Shown: positions 18,182-27,125, counted from the stretch's first letter. The stretch is DNA of 64,000 bases from a virus (IMGVR_UViG_3300044815_000115:1-64000), one strand, 5' to 3'. Notes: a model not told the origin generated them from the sequence alone. Translations and numbers: made by a program.

Positions 18182-18339
18182 GTGACGAAACCCCGATCAA
18201 GGTCGTCGGCATGGGCCCATTCCCGCTGCCCGGCGAGAAGAAACGCTGGAAGCGGGCCGAGAGGGAAGCCCGCCGGCTGCTCGACCTCGCTGAAGCCGCT
18301 GAGCAACGCACGACCGAAACCGGCACCGACGAGAGCTGA
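18178..18339 (+). CDS. hypothetical microprotein (53 aa)
   Basis: GTGA overlap with the corrected upstream frame. Confidence 0.5.
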   Translation: MSDETPIKVVGMGPFPLPGEKKRWKRAEREARRLLDLAEAAEQRTTETGTDES

Positions 18340-18345
18340 TCCATC

Positions 18346-18380
18346 GGCCCCGCCTCCACTCGGAGCGCGGGGCTTCGTCG
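18346..18380 (+). terminator. intrinsic terminator
   Basis: GGCCCCGC...GCGGGGCTTCGTCG hairpin. Confidence 0.55.
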
Positions 18381-18452
18381 TGTCCGAGAAACAACAGCCG
18401 TTTAGTTCCGACCAGCGAGAATGCCCCCACGACCCACGGGTACCGCCACGAG

Positions 18453-18671
18453 GTGGAGACGGTAGAGGGCGCTCTCCAGACACCCGACGGATCCTGGCGT
18501 GTCGAGATTGTGAAGCGCGGCCGGACCCGCTGGTACCGGATCGTCCACGGCGACGACGTCATCGACTGGCTGTCGATCGCCGCGGTGGAGCGGATCCTCG
18601 GCGAGGCGGGCGTGAGCATGGCCCAGCTGACCGTGTCGGACGCCGGCGAGAGCGGGCGCGGGGCGGCCTGA
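18453..18671 (+). CDS. hypothetical protein
   Basis: TPDGSWRVEIVKRGRTRWYRIVHGD. Confidence 0.65.
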   Translation: METVEGALQTPDGSWRVEIVKRGRTRWYRIVHGDDVIDWLSIAAVERILGEAGVSMAQLTVSDAGESGRGAA

Positions 18672-18687
18672 ACCGTACGCTGGGCGA

Positions 18688-19011
18688 ATGACCGACCTCC
18701 CCGACCGCAAGGCGATCGTCTGCAACTACGCCGAGGCAACGAAGGTCGCCAAGCCGGGCACGAAGGCGTACATCGTGCCGCAACTCGGCGGGAACCTGCC
18801 TGAGCGGGTCCGGGTTCGGTTCCAGTCCCGCGGCGGCCGGTGGGTCGAGAAGTGGGAGGCGTTGGCCCGGCTCACCAACTTCCGGCTGACAACGATTCCG
18901 CCCGAGCATCCGATGTACGAAGCGCATTGGGTGTCGATCGACGTCGGATGGGCCGACGAGATGCTGCGGCGGGTTGTCGTCTCCAATGCTGAGGTCACTG
19001 CAGCGCGATAG
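18688..19011 (+). CDS. hypothetical protein
   Basis: SRGGRWVEKWE...LTNFR...IPPEHP. Confidence 0.7.
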   Translation: MTDLPDRKAIVCNYAEATKVAKPGTKAYIVPQLGGNLPERVRVRFQSRGGRWVEKWEALARLTNFRLTTIPPEHPMYEAHWVSIDVGWADEMLRRVVVSNAEVTAAR

Positions 19012-19059
19012 CCACTCTGATGCGTTCTGGGCGACCATCGCGCTCGGAATCCGGCACCC

Positions 19060-19254
19060 CTAGGCGGCTTGCTCCGCCGCTCGATTGCGGGCCAGTTTCT
19101 CCGCATGCCGGCGCTTCAATCCCGCGTCGCGACGGCGTTTGAACGTCCGCCTGATCTCGGTGAGGGTGCTGGTGCGCTGGGCGTCTGCGCTGGTCCGGGC
19201 TGCGGCACGTTCGGCGATCATCGCTGCGATAGCGTCCGGCACGTCGGCGTCCAT
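19060..19254 (-). CDS. basic hypothetical protein
   Basis: RRRDAGLKRRHAEKL. Confidence 0.55.
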   Translation of the reverse strand: MDADVPDAIAAMIAERAAARTSADAQRTSTLTEIRRTFKRRRDAGLKRRHAEKLARNRAAEQAA

Positions 19255-19300
19255 GAATGTGAGTGTGCGCTATCGAATAGCGCAATGTACAGCCAAATAG

Positions 19301-19342
19301 AGCGGGAGCGGGCCGCACCGTGATCGGTGCGGCCCTCTCGCT
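19301..19342. terminator. terminator hairpin
   Basis: GGGCCGCACCG-TGAT-CGGTGCGGCCC. Confidence 0.65.
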
Positions 19343-19459
19343 AACGCTTGCCTGGTGCGAACTAATCGGAAAGTTCAGTCGTCGGGCGGCCGGACCCAGG
19401 GCATTGAGCCCGATCAGCGGGTGCCTGATGCATCGGTGCGGGCTCACCCGGACCGGCGC

Positions 19460-20029
19460 CTACTCGCGCGCCGCACTCGCTGCATTTGCTCCGTGGAGGC
19501 ACGTCTTCACCCCCTCCGGGATCACATAGTCGGGGTACGGATCGGTTGCCGGGTCGGTGGCTCCAGAGCCGGAGGTGACCCGCAGGTAGAAGCTTGAACC
19601 GTCGGCGCATTTCAGCTCGACACCGCAGGCGTCCGGGAGGCCGAGGTCGGGGAACGCGACGGTACGCCAGCCCTTGAACTGTGCGGGCCGGGCAACGTCG
19701 AGCAGGCGCAGCAGGAACCGGATAGCGTGCGGGTTGCGCACCCGCAGCGACGCGACCGCCGGGGGAAGTTCGGCCGGCACCGCCTTGCCCGCAGGCGCGG
19801 CCCAGATGTACGCCTCGCTGCCGGACTGGTAGCGGATGGCGACACCCGCCGGTGACTGCCCGCCCGGTTTCAGGTCCCGCCCGTAGCGTCTGACCTGCAC
19901 AATGTCCGGGTGTTCGGCCGTATTGAACAGCCGCTCCACCACGTCCAAGACCTGCGCCGACTCCATCTGTGCCCCCAACTCGCGTGCCCGCTCAGGGCCG
20001 GAGTCTAGTAGCCGGAGGGTGGCCGTCAC
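19460..20029 (-). CDS. hypothetical protein
   Basis: GTG start overlapping the upstream stop; good coding pattern. Confidence 0.65.
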   Translation of the reverse strand: MTATLRLLDSGPERARELGAQMESAQVLDVVERLFNTAEHPDIVQVRRYGRDLKPGGQSPAGVAIRYQSGSEAYIWAAPAGKAVPAELPPAVASLRVRNPHAIRFLLRLLDVARPAQFKGWRTVAFPDLGLPDACGVELKCADGSSFYLRVTSGSGATDPATDPYPDYVIPEGVKTCLHGANAASAARE

Positions 20030-20274
20030 GCCTCCGCCTTGACGCGGCGATCCACGAACACCCCCACGTACGCGATCGGCCCGAGCTCGGTCAACTCCGC
20101 CCACGTCAGGTCTGAGCCGTCCTCGTCGTCCCCGAGCCGGGACACGAGGCGCCAGTTGCGTTCCGGCTGCTCCTCGGCCTCGGCGTAGGCGTCGTCGCGG
20201 CGGTACAGCCGGATGTCGTCCAGAGTGTCGACGGCCACACGTCCGCCGTTGGCGGGCTCGTCGGTGGTGGTCAC
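20026..20274 (-). CDS. hypothetical protein
   Basis: Overlap chain; LTWAELTELGPI. Confidence 0.6.
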   Translation of the reverse strand: MTTTDEPANGGRVAVDTLDDIRLYRRDDAYAEAEEQPERNWRLVSRLGDDEDGSDLTWAELTELGPIAYVGVFVDRRVKAEA

Positions 20275-20462
20275 GCCATCCCCTCCCGCAGCACAACGAA
20301 CCCGTCAGCGAACAGCAGGCCGTCAACGTCCTCGTCGGTGTAGCGCCTCTTGTCGGTGCCGTGCCAGACGAACCCGATACCGGGTATCACGCGCACGATC
20401 GCGATGTGGGAGTTGGCGACCACGCTGCCCTGTGGCAGGTCGGCGGCCTTCGTGGCGGTCAC
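20271..20462 (-). CDS. hypothetical protein
   Basis: AADLPQGSVVA; paralog of the 17976 gene. Confidence 0.6.
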   Translation of the reverse strand: MTATKAADLPQGSVVANSHIAIVRVIPGIGFVWHGTDKRRYTDEDVDGLLFADGFVVLREGMA

Positions 20463-20638
20463 AACTCCACCCCCATGTCGCGGGCGATCTGGCGTACGTC
20501 GTCGGCCGTGAATTCGTGCCGGATCTGCACGGCGGCTAGGACCCGCCGCATCGCTTCGGCCGCACCCCTCGCGAACTCGACGTTCATGTCGTGCTGATAG
20601 GCGTAGTCAAGGCCGGAGCCTTCAACGTTCGAGGCCAT
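20459..20638 (-). CDS. hypothetical protein (59 aa)
   Basis: AAGGAG RBS; overlap with the next gene. Confidence 0.55.
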   Translation of the reverse strand: MASNVEGSGLDYAYQHDMNVEFARGAAEAMRRVLAAVQIRHEFTADDVRQIARDMGVEL

Positions 20639-20641
20639 TGT

Positions 20642-20922
20642 GTTCTCCTTCGCGGGTTGGTCAGTTGGTGGTGGTCGAAAACCGGGGGTCGGAGGTCAGC
20701 GCCCACGTCCTGCCGCCGGACCTGGCCTCACCCACCTCCCGTGCCTCCCCGTAGGAGGCGAGACGCTTCAGGGAGGCACGGACCCGGGCGGCACTCAGGT
20801 CGAGCTGTACGGCGATCTCAGCGACCGTCTCCAGTGCTTCGTCCTTGCTTGCCAGCCGGGCGAGATGGTCGATGACCTCACGGTCGATGTCGTCGGTGCT
20901 CACGGTTCTCCTTCGCGGGTTG
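20642..20922. repeat. 18-bp direct repeat GTTCTCCTTCGCGGGTTG (20642-20659, 20905-20922) flanking one gene
   Basis: Identical copies, each followed by GGTCAGTT-like sequence. Confidence 0.8.
20661..20903 (-). CDS. winged-HTH DNA-binding protein
   Basis: TVAEIAVQLDLSAARVRASLKRL...GGRTWAL. Confidence 0.7.
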   Translation of the reverse strand: MSTDDIDREVIDHLARLASKDEALETVAEIAVQLDLSAARVRASLKRLASYGEAREVGEARSGGRTWALTSDPRFSTTTN

Positions 20923-20991
20923 ATGGTCAGTTTGCGCGGGGCCGTTGCGGGTCGCAGGTGAGATGCCCACAGAGGGCGGTGCGCCGGTCGG

Positions 20992-21204
20992 TCATCGCGC
21001 GTCCGGCTTGGTGGCGAGGATGACGAACCCGGCGCTCCGGCGGTCCAACTTGCGGACCTCCCAGTCGTGGCGGTCGAGGATGTCCTGCATGCGGTCGTCG
21101 ATGACACCCCCGCCGTCGTCGAGAAGGGTGACGAGGACATCGTCTCCACCGCGGCCGTCGGCGACCATTCGGTTGAGCAGGTCGGCGAGCTCCTGGACGT
21201 TCAC
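20992..21204 (-). CDS. hypothetical protein
   Basis: MNVQELADLL; overlap chain. Confidence 0.55.
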   Translation of the reverse strand: MNVQELADLLNRMVADGRGGDDVLVTLLDDGGGVIDDRMQDILDRHDWEVRKLDRRSAGFVILATKPDAR

Positions 21205-21410
21205 GGCCGGGCCTCCGTCGCGCAGTCGAGGACGTCGCCGCCGTCGACCAGCTGCCACACGTGGATGTGCAGCAGCCTGTTGCAGCGCCCGCAGCGAGGT
21301 CCGGTGTAGGGGTCGGCCGAGTGGTAGCCGAACACGGTGTCGGTGGCCCCGTGGCGTGCGACGAGCACTGCCGGGCCGGGGGCCTGGGTGAGGTCGGCGA
21401 GGAGTTTCAC
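21201..21410 (-). CDS. hypothetical protein
   Basis: Overlap chain; CGRC. Confidence 0.55.
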   Translation of the reverse strand: MKLLADLTQAPGPAVLVARHGATDTVFGYHSADPYTGPRCGRCNRLLHIHVWQLVDGGDVLDCATEARP

Positions 21411-21685
21411 GACAGGAACCCCTGCATCTTCAGCAGCGGCGTCTGCAGGGCGTGGCCGACCGCGCAGATGCCGTCCGCCACGTCCTGGCCGACGCCGAAG
21501 TTGCCGGGGTTCTGGGACAGGTCGTGCAGGTCCACCTGCTCGATCAGGTCGAGCAGGGCGGTGACCGCAGCGGCATCGAGGCCGACGATAGCCCGTCCGG
21601 TGTCACGGTCGGTGCCAACGGCGACGAACATGCCGGCGTCCTGGGCGTGCGGGTCGGGCTGGACATTGGCGAGGCCTGTGCTCAT
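21407..21685 (-). CDS. hypothetical protein
   Basis: AAGGAG RBS. Confidence 0.6.
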   Translation of the reverse strand: MSTGLANVQPDPHAQDAGMFVAVGTDRDTGRAIVGLDAAAVTALLDLIEQVDLHDLSQNPGNFGVGQDVADGICAVGHALQTPLLKMQGFLS

Positions 21686-21758
21686 GCGTTTCTCCTTACG
21701 GGTCGTGGGGTGGGCCGCCGCTGCACGCTCGAGCGGAGCGGCGGCCCGGGAGGAAGGT

Positions 21759-21983
21759 CTAGAACTGCTGCTCCATGCGCAGGCAGATCAGCCGGTCACG
21801 GGAGCGGTCGAGGATGCGGTAGGCCGCCGCCCGGCCCGACTCGCGCATGGATTCCAGCGCCTGCGCCCTGAATGCTTCCGGGTCAAGCGGGGTGCCTGTC
21901 TCCTGCGACCACTTGAGGGTGCTGATCAGGAGTTCAACCTCCATCAGCAGGTCGGCGCCGGACTTCGGCTCAGGACGGCTCAC
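21759..21983 (-). CDS. hypothetical protein
   Basis: Overlap chain. Confidence 0.55.
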   Translation of the reverse strand: MSRPEPKSGADLLMEVELLISTLKWSQETGTPLDPEAFRAQALESMRESGRAAAYRILDRSRDRLICLRMEQQF

Positions 21984-22273
21984 GCCTCTTCCTCGGGCAG
22001 GTCGCCGGTCAGGGTTCCGAAGCAGTGACCGCGCCGGTCCTCGACGACCAGCAGCAGCACGTCAAGGCCGTTCGTGCCGACCTGCTCAACATGGCCATCG
22101 CGGCTGGACCAGCCGGTGAACCGGACAACCGGTTCGGTGCGGCCGTCTTCGTGTTCGAACGTTTCGTGGTGGACGATCTCCACTTCGAGGCGGCTGCGGT
22201 AGCCATCCCACGGGAACGCGATGACCTGGCCGGTGCGGACCATGCGGGCGGGGGTCTCGTAGACGCCGGTCAC
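21980..22273 (-). CDS. hypothetical protein
   Basis: Overlap chain. Confidence 0.6.
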   Translation of the reverse strand: MTGVYETPARMVRTGQVIAFPWDGYRSRLEVEIVHHETFEHEDGRTEPVVRFTGWSSRDGHVEQVGTNGLDVLLLVVEDRRGHCFGTLTGDLPEEEA

Positions 22274-22914
22274 GCCGCCACCCGCTTGCTGCCCTTGACG
22301 GTGAGGACAGCCCCGGTGATGGCCCTGGTACTGCCGCGCCGCCCGTACGTGAGGGTGACGAGTCCGCGCCTCTCCAGGGCGATCAGCTGGACGCTGGTGG
22401 CGTCCTTCGAGCGGGGGATGTAGCCGTTGCCGTTCGCGGCCTCGGCGATGATGCGGTCCATTGCGCTGGAGGTGATCGCGGCGCGGGTCTGGCCGGCGAC
22501 CTGGGTGCGGAGGTTGGCCCGCCAGTTCGGGTCGGCGTCGGCCATGATGGCGTCCCGGTCGGCGGCCAGCTGGTTGCGGGCGGCGGTTTCGGCCTTGACG
22601 TAGGCGGCGCCGTCGGTGTTCAGGTCCGCCCGGACCTGCTCGGGGGTGCGGCCGGTAGCGGCGTTGTGCGCCTCTTCGAGGGCCTGCACTTCCCAGACGA
22701 TCTGGTGGATGCGCTTACCCTGCTCGGCGGCCCGGGCGACGTGCAGGTAGTACGCCTTGGCCTGCTCGCGGTCGGCGAAGGTCTTGGTGAGCTCGTCGAT
22801 GCGCTGCACGCCGTCGGAGACGTAGAAGTGGATACCGGTCTCGACGAGGGCGGTGGTGATGAGCAGCGCGCCGTGCGGGTGGGTCACGGGCTGGTCGACA
22901 GTCGCTTTCTGCAC
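22270..22914 (-). CDS. hypothetical protein with C-terminal wHTH-like motif
   Basis: GGAGG RBS; LIALERRGLV...LTVKG. Confidence 0.65.
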   Translation of the reverse strand: MQKATVDQPVTHPHGALLITTALVETGIHFYVSDGVQRIDELTKTFADREQAKAYYLHVARAAEQGKRIHQIVWEVQALEEAHNAATGRTPEQVRADLNTDGAAYVKAETAARNQLAADRDAIMADADPNWRANLRTQVAGQTRAAITSSAMDRIIAEAANGNGYIPRSKDATSVQLIALERRGLVTLTYGRRGSTRAITGAVLTVKGSKRVAA

Positions 22915-22987
22915 TTCGGGGTACCTCCCGATCGGGGCTCCGGTCTGCGTTGGCGCGCTTCCCGATGCCGCGTTTCCTATGCCAACG

Positions 22988-23016
22988 ACACTAGTCCTCT
23001 CGACCTTGCATGTCAA
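22988..23016 (-). promoter_or_regulatory. sigma70/HrdB-type promoter TTGACA-N17-TAGTGT with flanking operators
   Basis: Consensus -35; inverted pair CCTATGCCA/TGGCATAGG and palindrome CCGAGGCA-TTAT-TGCCTCGG nearby. Confidence 0.7.
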
Positions 23017-23094
23017 GGATCCATGGCATAGGATCGTAGGCAGACGATCCGAGGCATTATTGCCTCGGCCTAGGACAACTCAGATCATGGGGAG

Positions 23095-23358
23095 GTGAGC
23101 AAACTGAACGAGATCATCGATGCGTGGAATGCCATCGACGAAGCCGAGCGTCACTACCGCGAGATTCTGCGGAAATACCTGGCCAGCGGCGATGTCCAGC
23201 AGGTCGACGTGGCCCGCGAACTCGGACGCACCCGAGAGATGATCCGCCGCGACGCCATGACTGAGGAGCAACGCGAGGAGATCCGCAAGGCGGACGCCGA
23301 GCGTAAGCGCCAACTGCGTGGATCCAAGTCAACGGGGGTGGAGACACCCCGAAACTAG
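23095..23358 (+). CDS. small helix+HTH regulator
   Basis: VQQVDVARELGRTREMIRR. Confidence 0.7.
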   Translation: MSKLNEIIDAWNAIDEAERHYREILRKYLASGDVQQVDVARELGRTREMIRRDAMTEEQREEIRKADAERKRQLRGSKSTGVETPRN

Positions 23359-23485
23359 TCGGGGCCGGAGGCGCGCCAACGCCTGAACCCGGCCCCTACG
23401 GAGAGGCACCTCCGCGTGCAGCACTGTAACTACATCCGCGCGTCGTACATCAGTGCGATCTTGCCGGATTCGCGGTGAGCGCCTG

Positions 23486-24574
23486 ATGGGATACAGGCTG
23501 CGCCGAGAGGTACGTGACGCCCTGCCGCCGGGGCTGCTCACCGCCGGCGAACGTCTCCTCGTGCTGGAGTTGGCAGACATCTGCGGCGACGACACCCGTG
23601 AGGGTTGGCCCGGAATTGCCAAACTGGCCACCCTCACCGACATGTCGGGCCGAAGTATCCAGCAGACGCTGAACCGGGTCGGCAAGAAGTGGATCGAGCT
23701 CCGCGTTCCGCTTGGCAGGAACGACGACGGCAAGGTCTATTACGCCCATGCAGGGAGGCGCACCGTGTACCGGTTCCCCGTCCTGAAGCCCTCGGGTGGT
23801 GCGATGGATGAGTGCCCAAGTGGTGCGACAGATGAGCGTCCACCTTCCGAGAGTGGTGCGACAGATCGGTCCGAGTGGTGCGATGGATCGGTAGAAGAGG
23901 TGCGACAGATGAGTGACCCTTCTCCTCAAGGAACCTCTCAAAAATTCAACCACTCATCTCTCTCTGTGGCCGACGTCGAAGCGCCGGGCTCGACTGTGGT
24001 TAACGAGGCAGATCGAGAGAGAGATGAGTCGGCTTCACAAAGAAGCAAAACCCATCAACTGCTCCTCGAAGCGGGTTGCCCCGACGATGACCTCGACGAC
24101 GTAGAAGACGAACTCAAACGCCGCTTCGAAGTCCGCTCCCCCGCCTGGTTCCGCACCGTCCACGGCAACGGCGAACTGGCCGCCCTCGTCGGTGAGGTTC
24201 TTGAAGCCCTCAACGGTACGACCGCAACAGCGCCGTCCCGGAAGGCGTTCATGGAGACCCTCGTGGGTGAACCCGAGTGCGGTCACGGCATCGAGGGCGG
24301 CAACATCGCATGGGACCACGACGGCTGGATGCTCTGCTCCACCTGCCGCCGGCTGGCCGGGTGGACCGAGGTCAACAACCAAGGGCGCACCGACGGACAG
24401 GACCCTCGCCGTAAGCGGTCCGTCAGCGTGTTGCGCGCAGAGCAGGCCCTCGCGGTCGCCGCCGAGCTGGATGCGCTGTACCCGCGTGAGATTCGCTCAC
24501 CGGCCGATCAGCGCGTCGCTGACGGTGCCGTGTTGTACGAGAAGTACCGACGACTCGAAGGAGAACCCGCATGA
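23486..24574 (+). CDS. replication initiator (HTH_36/lambda O-like) with internal iterons
   Basis: ERLLVLELAD...GWPGIAKLATLTDMSGRSIQQTL; repeat-encoded linker; C-terminal loader-type motif. Confidence 0.7.
   Translation: MGYRLRREVRDALPPGLLTAGERLLVLELADICGDDTREGWPGIAKLATLTDMSGRSIQQTLNRVGKKWIELRVPLGRNDDGKVYYAHAGRRTVYRFPVLKPSGGAMDECPSGATDERPPSESGATDRSEWCDGSVEEVRQMSDPSPQGTSQKFNHSSLSVADVEAPGSTVVNEADRERDESASQRSKTHQLLLEAGCPDDDLDDVEDELKRRFEVRSPAWFRTVHGNGELAALVGEVLEALNGTTATAPSRKAFMETLVGEPECGHGIEGGNIAWDHDGWMLCSTCRRLAGWTEVNNQGRTDGQDPRRKRSVSVLRAEQALAVAAELDALYPREIRSPADQRVADGAVLYEKYRRLEGEPA
23796..23915 (+). repeat. iteron array, 5 x GGTGCGAYRGAT (candidate ori)
   Basis: Copies near 23798, 23822, 23855, 23877 and 23899, followed by a relatively AT-rich stretch. 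Confidence 0.75.
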
Positions 24575-24819
24575 CCACCTGGACCCCGCCCGAGACCGTC
24601 CACCTGTTCAGCAACGACTGCGGCAACGTCGTGGACGGGCTGCTGCGCCCAGACAGCCGCGCCGACGCCCTCGCGTTCGTCGGCACCCTCGAAGACGACG
24701 GATTGCTGCGCGTAATCGCCTGCCAGGTCGCCTACGAGCAGCACCGACCCAAACCTGAGGTGGTCGATGGCGACACGTACCGCGCGTTGATCCGTGAATG
24801 GACGGCGGTGACGGCGTGA
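24571..24819 (+). CDS. hypothetical protein
   Basis: AAGGAG RBS; overlap. Confidence 0.6.
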   Translation: MTTWTPPETVHLFSNDCGNVVDGLLRPDSRADALAFVGTLEDDGLLRVIACQVAYEQHRPKPEVVDGDTYRALIREWTAVTA

Positions 24820-25199
24820 GCAGCCGCGAGTGTGAGAACCATGAAGCCTTCCAGCGCATGGCGCGGGGCGCGATCCTCCGTCGTGCTATGGAGCCCGGCG
24901 GTGTCGACGCCTGGGCACGGATCGACCGGAAGGTCCCGGGTGCCGAGGCGGGGTGGGTGATCGTGCCTCAGGACCACGGCGGCCACTCGCCCGGTGCGAT
25001 GCCCGTCACCGACGACACGGTGATCCGGGCCATTGGGTGGCTGCAGGGCGGCACCACCCTGGAGGACCTGAACTGTGACAGCGAGTTCATCGACCAGGTG
25101 GACGCCGCGCTCGGCCACGGCAGCATCTTCGACTTCGAACCGGCTGTGGCTGCGGGCATTGTGCAGATCGGCCTGTTCGGGTCGATCTGGTATCCGTAA
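24816..25199 (+). CDS. phage hypothetical protein
   Basis: C-terminal IVQIGLFGSIWY motif. Confidence 0.65.
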   Translation: MSSRECENHEAFQRMARGAILRRAMEPGGVDAWARIDRKVPGAEAGWVIVPQDHGGHSPGAMPVTDDTVIRAIGWLQGGTTLEDLNCDSEFIDQVDAALGHGSIFDFEPAVAAGIVQIGLFGSIWYP

Positions 25200-25221
25200 A
25201 CACTTTCCGAAGGAGAACGAC

Positions 25222-25455
25222 ATGACCGACACCACCGCTCCCATGCCCCCAGCCTGGTCCGACCTGATCGAAGCCTTGACCCTGCTCGCCAGGCACTACA
25301 CGGACCCGATCAGCCCGTTCAACTGCGAGCACGACGAGTTGACCGTGCTGGCCGACCCGTCCGCGTTCACCGACGAAGAGCGGGCCCGTCTCGACGATCT
25401 CGGCTTCCACGTGGGCGACGAGTCGTTCTATTCGTTCCGCTTCGGCAGCGCCTGA
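25222..25455 (+). CDS. phage hypothetical protein
   Basis: PFNCEHDEL...RLDDLGF...SFRFGSA. Confidence 0.7.
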   Translation: MTDTTAPMPPAWSDLIEALTLLARHYTDPISPFNCEHDELTVLADPSAFTDEERARLDDLGFHVGDESFYSFRFGSA

Positions 25456-25470
25456 CCCCGAGGACAGGTC

Positions 25471-25752
25471 ATGACTACCACCGACGACCTCGACTACTTC
25501 ACAACCCCTGGCCATGACCGCGACATCGCCTACGCGATCTATGCCCAGTCCCGGAACCGCAAATGCTCCCCGATCAACGACGTCCAAATCCGGCACCTGC
25601 TGCGGATCGGCTACATGGCAGGCCGGGCTGTCACCGCCGCAGACGACGCGTTCGAGCGCACCGACGCGAGGATGGGTCGCTGGGTGATGCTCTATGTCGG
25701 TGCGGCGGCGGGTGCCGCGTTCACCGGCCTGGTGACCTGGATCTTCGGCTGA
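25471..25752 (+). CDS. small membrane protein
   Basis: C-terminal TM segment. Confidence 0.55.
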   Translation: MTTTDDLDYFTTPGHDRDIAYAIYAQSRNRKCSPINDVQIRHLLRIGYMAGRAVTAADDAFERTDARMGRWVMLYVGAAAGAAFTGLVTWIFG

Positions 25753-25767
25753 CCTGAAGGGAACGAC

Positions 25768-25929
25768 ATGACCGCCACGACCGACTCCGAGCCGTTCACC
25801 TGCCCCGACTGCGACTTCACCGCCCCGCTCGCCGGTGGTCTGATCAGCTTCCATGAGCCGGACTGCCCGAACGTCTGCGAGGACGACGGGGAGCCGGACG
25901 AGGACGACTTCGACCCCGACACGTACTGA
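25768..25929 (+). CDS. Zn-ribbon microprotein
   Basis: CPDC...HEPDCP. Confidence 0.5.
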   Translation: MTATTDSEPFTCPDCDFTAPLAGGLISFHEPDCPNVCEDDGEPDEDDFDPDTY

Positions 25930-25940
25930 GGAGAACCCCC

Positions 25941-26294
25941 TTGACCACCACCCGTAACCCCGGCCTGCCGATCTGCCAGCACATTGCCCTCGGCACCCAA
26001 CTCCAGCAGGTCCGCGCACAGCTGATGGACGCGCTCACCGCCGTCCAGGCCGGCTACCCGAAGACTTCCAAGGCGGTGCGGCAGGCGCAGAAAGCCCTCC
26101 GCGAGCTCGACGGGCTGCGCAGCGAGCTCGACAGCGTGTCGGCGGGAGAGAACCCCGGAGACGGCGACTGGTCGACGACCGCGTATTACGGGGCGGATCG
26201 TGAGGCGTGGGAGCGGGAGACCCTGCCAGTTCTGCGCCGGCATCAGGCGAGCAACCCGGCATGTTGCACCGGCAAGGCGGAGGCGCCCCGATGA
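25941..26294 (+). CDS. hypothetical protein
   Basis: GAGGAG RBS; helical. Confidence 0.6.
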   Translation: MTTTRNPGLPICQHIALGTQLQQVRAQLMDALTAVQAGYPKTSKAVRQAQKALRELDGLRSELDSVSAGENPGDGDWSTTAYYGADREAWERETLPVLRRHQASNPACCTGKAEAPR

Positions 26295-26671
26295 CCACCG
26301 GCAAACCGTCGATGCGCGCCGAACTAGTCGCGATGCTGGAGTTGTCCGACCTGCTCGACGACTGGGCCATCCCCGACACCGAAAGCCGAGGAGATTCGAT
26401 AACCGAGACAGGAGATCCGATGACCGGCGCTATCCATCATCGAACCGCCCGCAAGGTCGCGCCGGGCGTCTGGGACGTCGCCCGCCCACTGCGGGACACG
26501 TCGCCGTGGCGCCGATGGAAGCAGGAACGTGCCTGCCGGAAGTCCACGGGCCACTGCTGGCATCCGGAAGCGCTCATCGACTGGTTCTGCTGCCTTTGCG
26601 CCGCCGAGACCGACGGCATGCCCCCGCAGGACTGTGTCCACTGCCGCGCGGCCGGGTCGGTGTCCTCGTGA
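26291..26671 (+). CDS. hypothetical protein, Cys-rich C-terminus
   Basis: GHCWH...WFCCLC. Confidence 0.6.
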   Translation: MTTGKPSMRAELVAMLELSDLLDDWAIPDTESRGDSITETGDPMTGAIHHRTARKVAPGVWDVARPLRDTSPWRRWKQERACRKSTGHCWHPEALIDWFCCLCAAETDGMPPQDCVHCRAAGSVSS

Positions 26672-26901
26672 AGTCCTGGCTCGCCCACCACCTGCGCCGG
26701 ATCGCCGACCGGATCGATGACGCGGGCGCCCCGAGGCGCACCAACCTGTCGTTCACGTTCGAGAACAAGCGCGGCATCGTGGTCCGGGAGAACGGTCCCG
26801 GCTGCCCGCTCTGGTACTACGGGGAGGCCGACTACCGGTGTCGACTGGGTGGACGCGATAGCCCGGTTCGGCCGATGACCATCACAGAGGAGATCCACTG
26901 A
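26668..26901 (+). CDS. actinophage hypothetical protein
   Basis: LRRIADRID..GAP...SFTFE...GCPLWY. Confidence 0.6.
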   Translation: MKSWLAHHLRRIADRIDDAGAPRRTNLSFTFENKRGIVVRENGPGCPLWYYGEADYRCRLGGRDSPVRPMTITEEIH

Positions 26902-27125
26902 TGAGCGCTGACTTTTCGAAGGTCGCCCAGCACCTCGCCGACAACCTCGTGGAACACGCCAAGCGGGACGGGCTGAGCCCGGTCATGACTGCGGTGTTCC
27001 TGTCCCGTGGTGGTCATGCTCCGGGGACGGTGTGCCCGTCTGAGCCGACACGGGAGCCGATCCATGCGATGGGCTGCGACCTGATGGTCGACGGCGAGTG
27101 CTGCACCTGCGGGGCGACCCGATGA
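26901..27125 (+). CDS. hypothetical protein
   Basis: Overlap chain. Confidence 0.5.
   Translation: MSADFSKVAQHLADNLVEHAKRDGLSPVMTAVFLSRGGHAPGTVCPSEPTREPIHAMGCDLMVDGECCTCGATR

Noticed and set aside
23796-23915. CRISPR-like mini-array
   Set aside because: The repeats are ~12 bp, degenerate, intragenic and have short spacers; no cas genes are present, and iterons fit better.
24370-24480. DGR template/variable repeat pair with 60100-60230
   Set aside because: The differences are not adenine-specific and are largely synonymous; no reverse transcriptase is present in the window.
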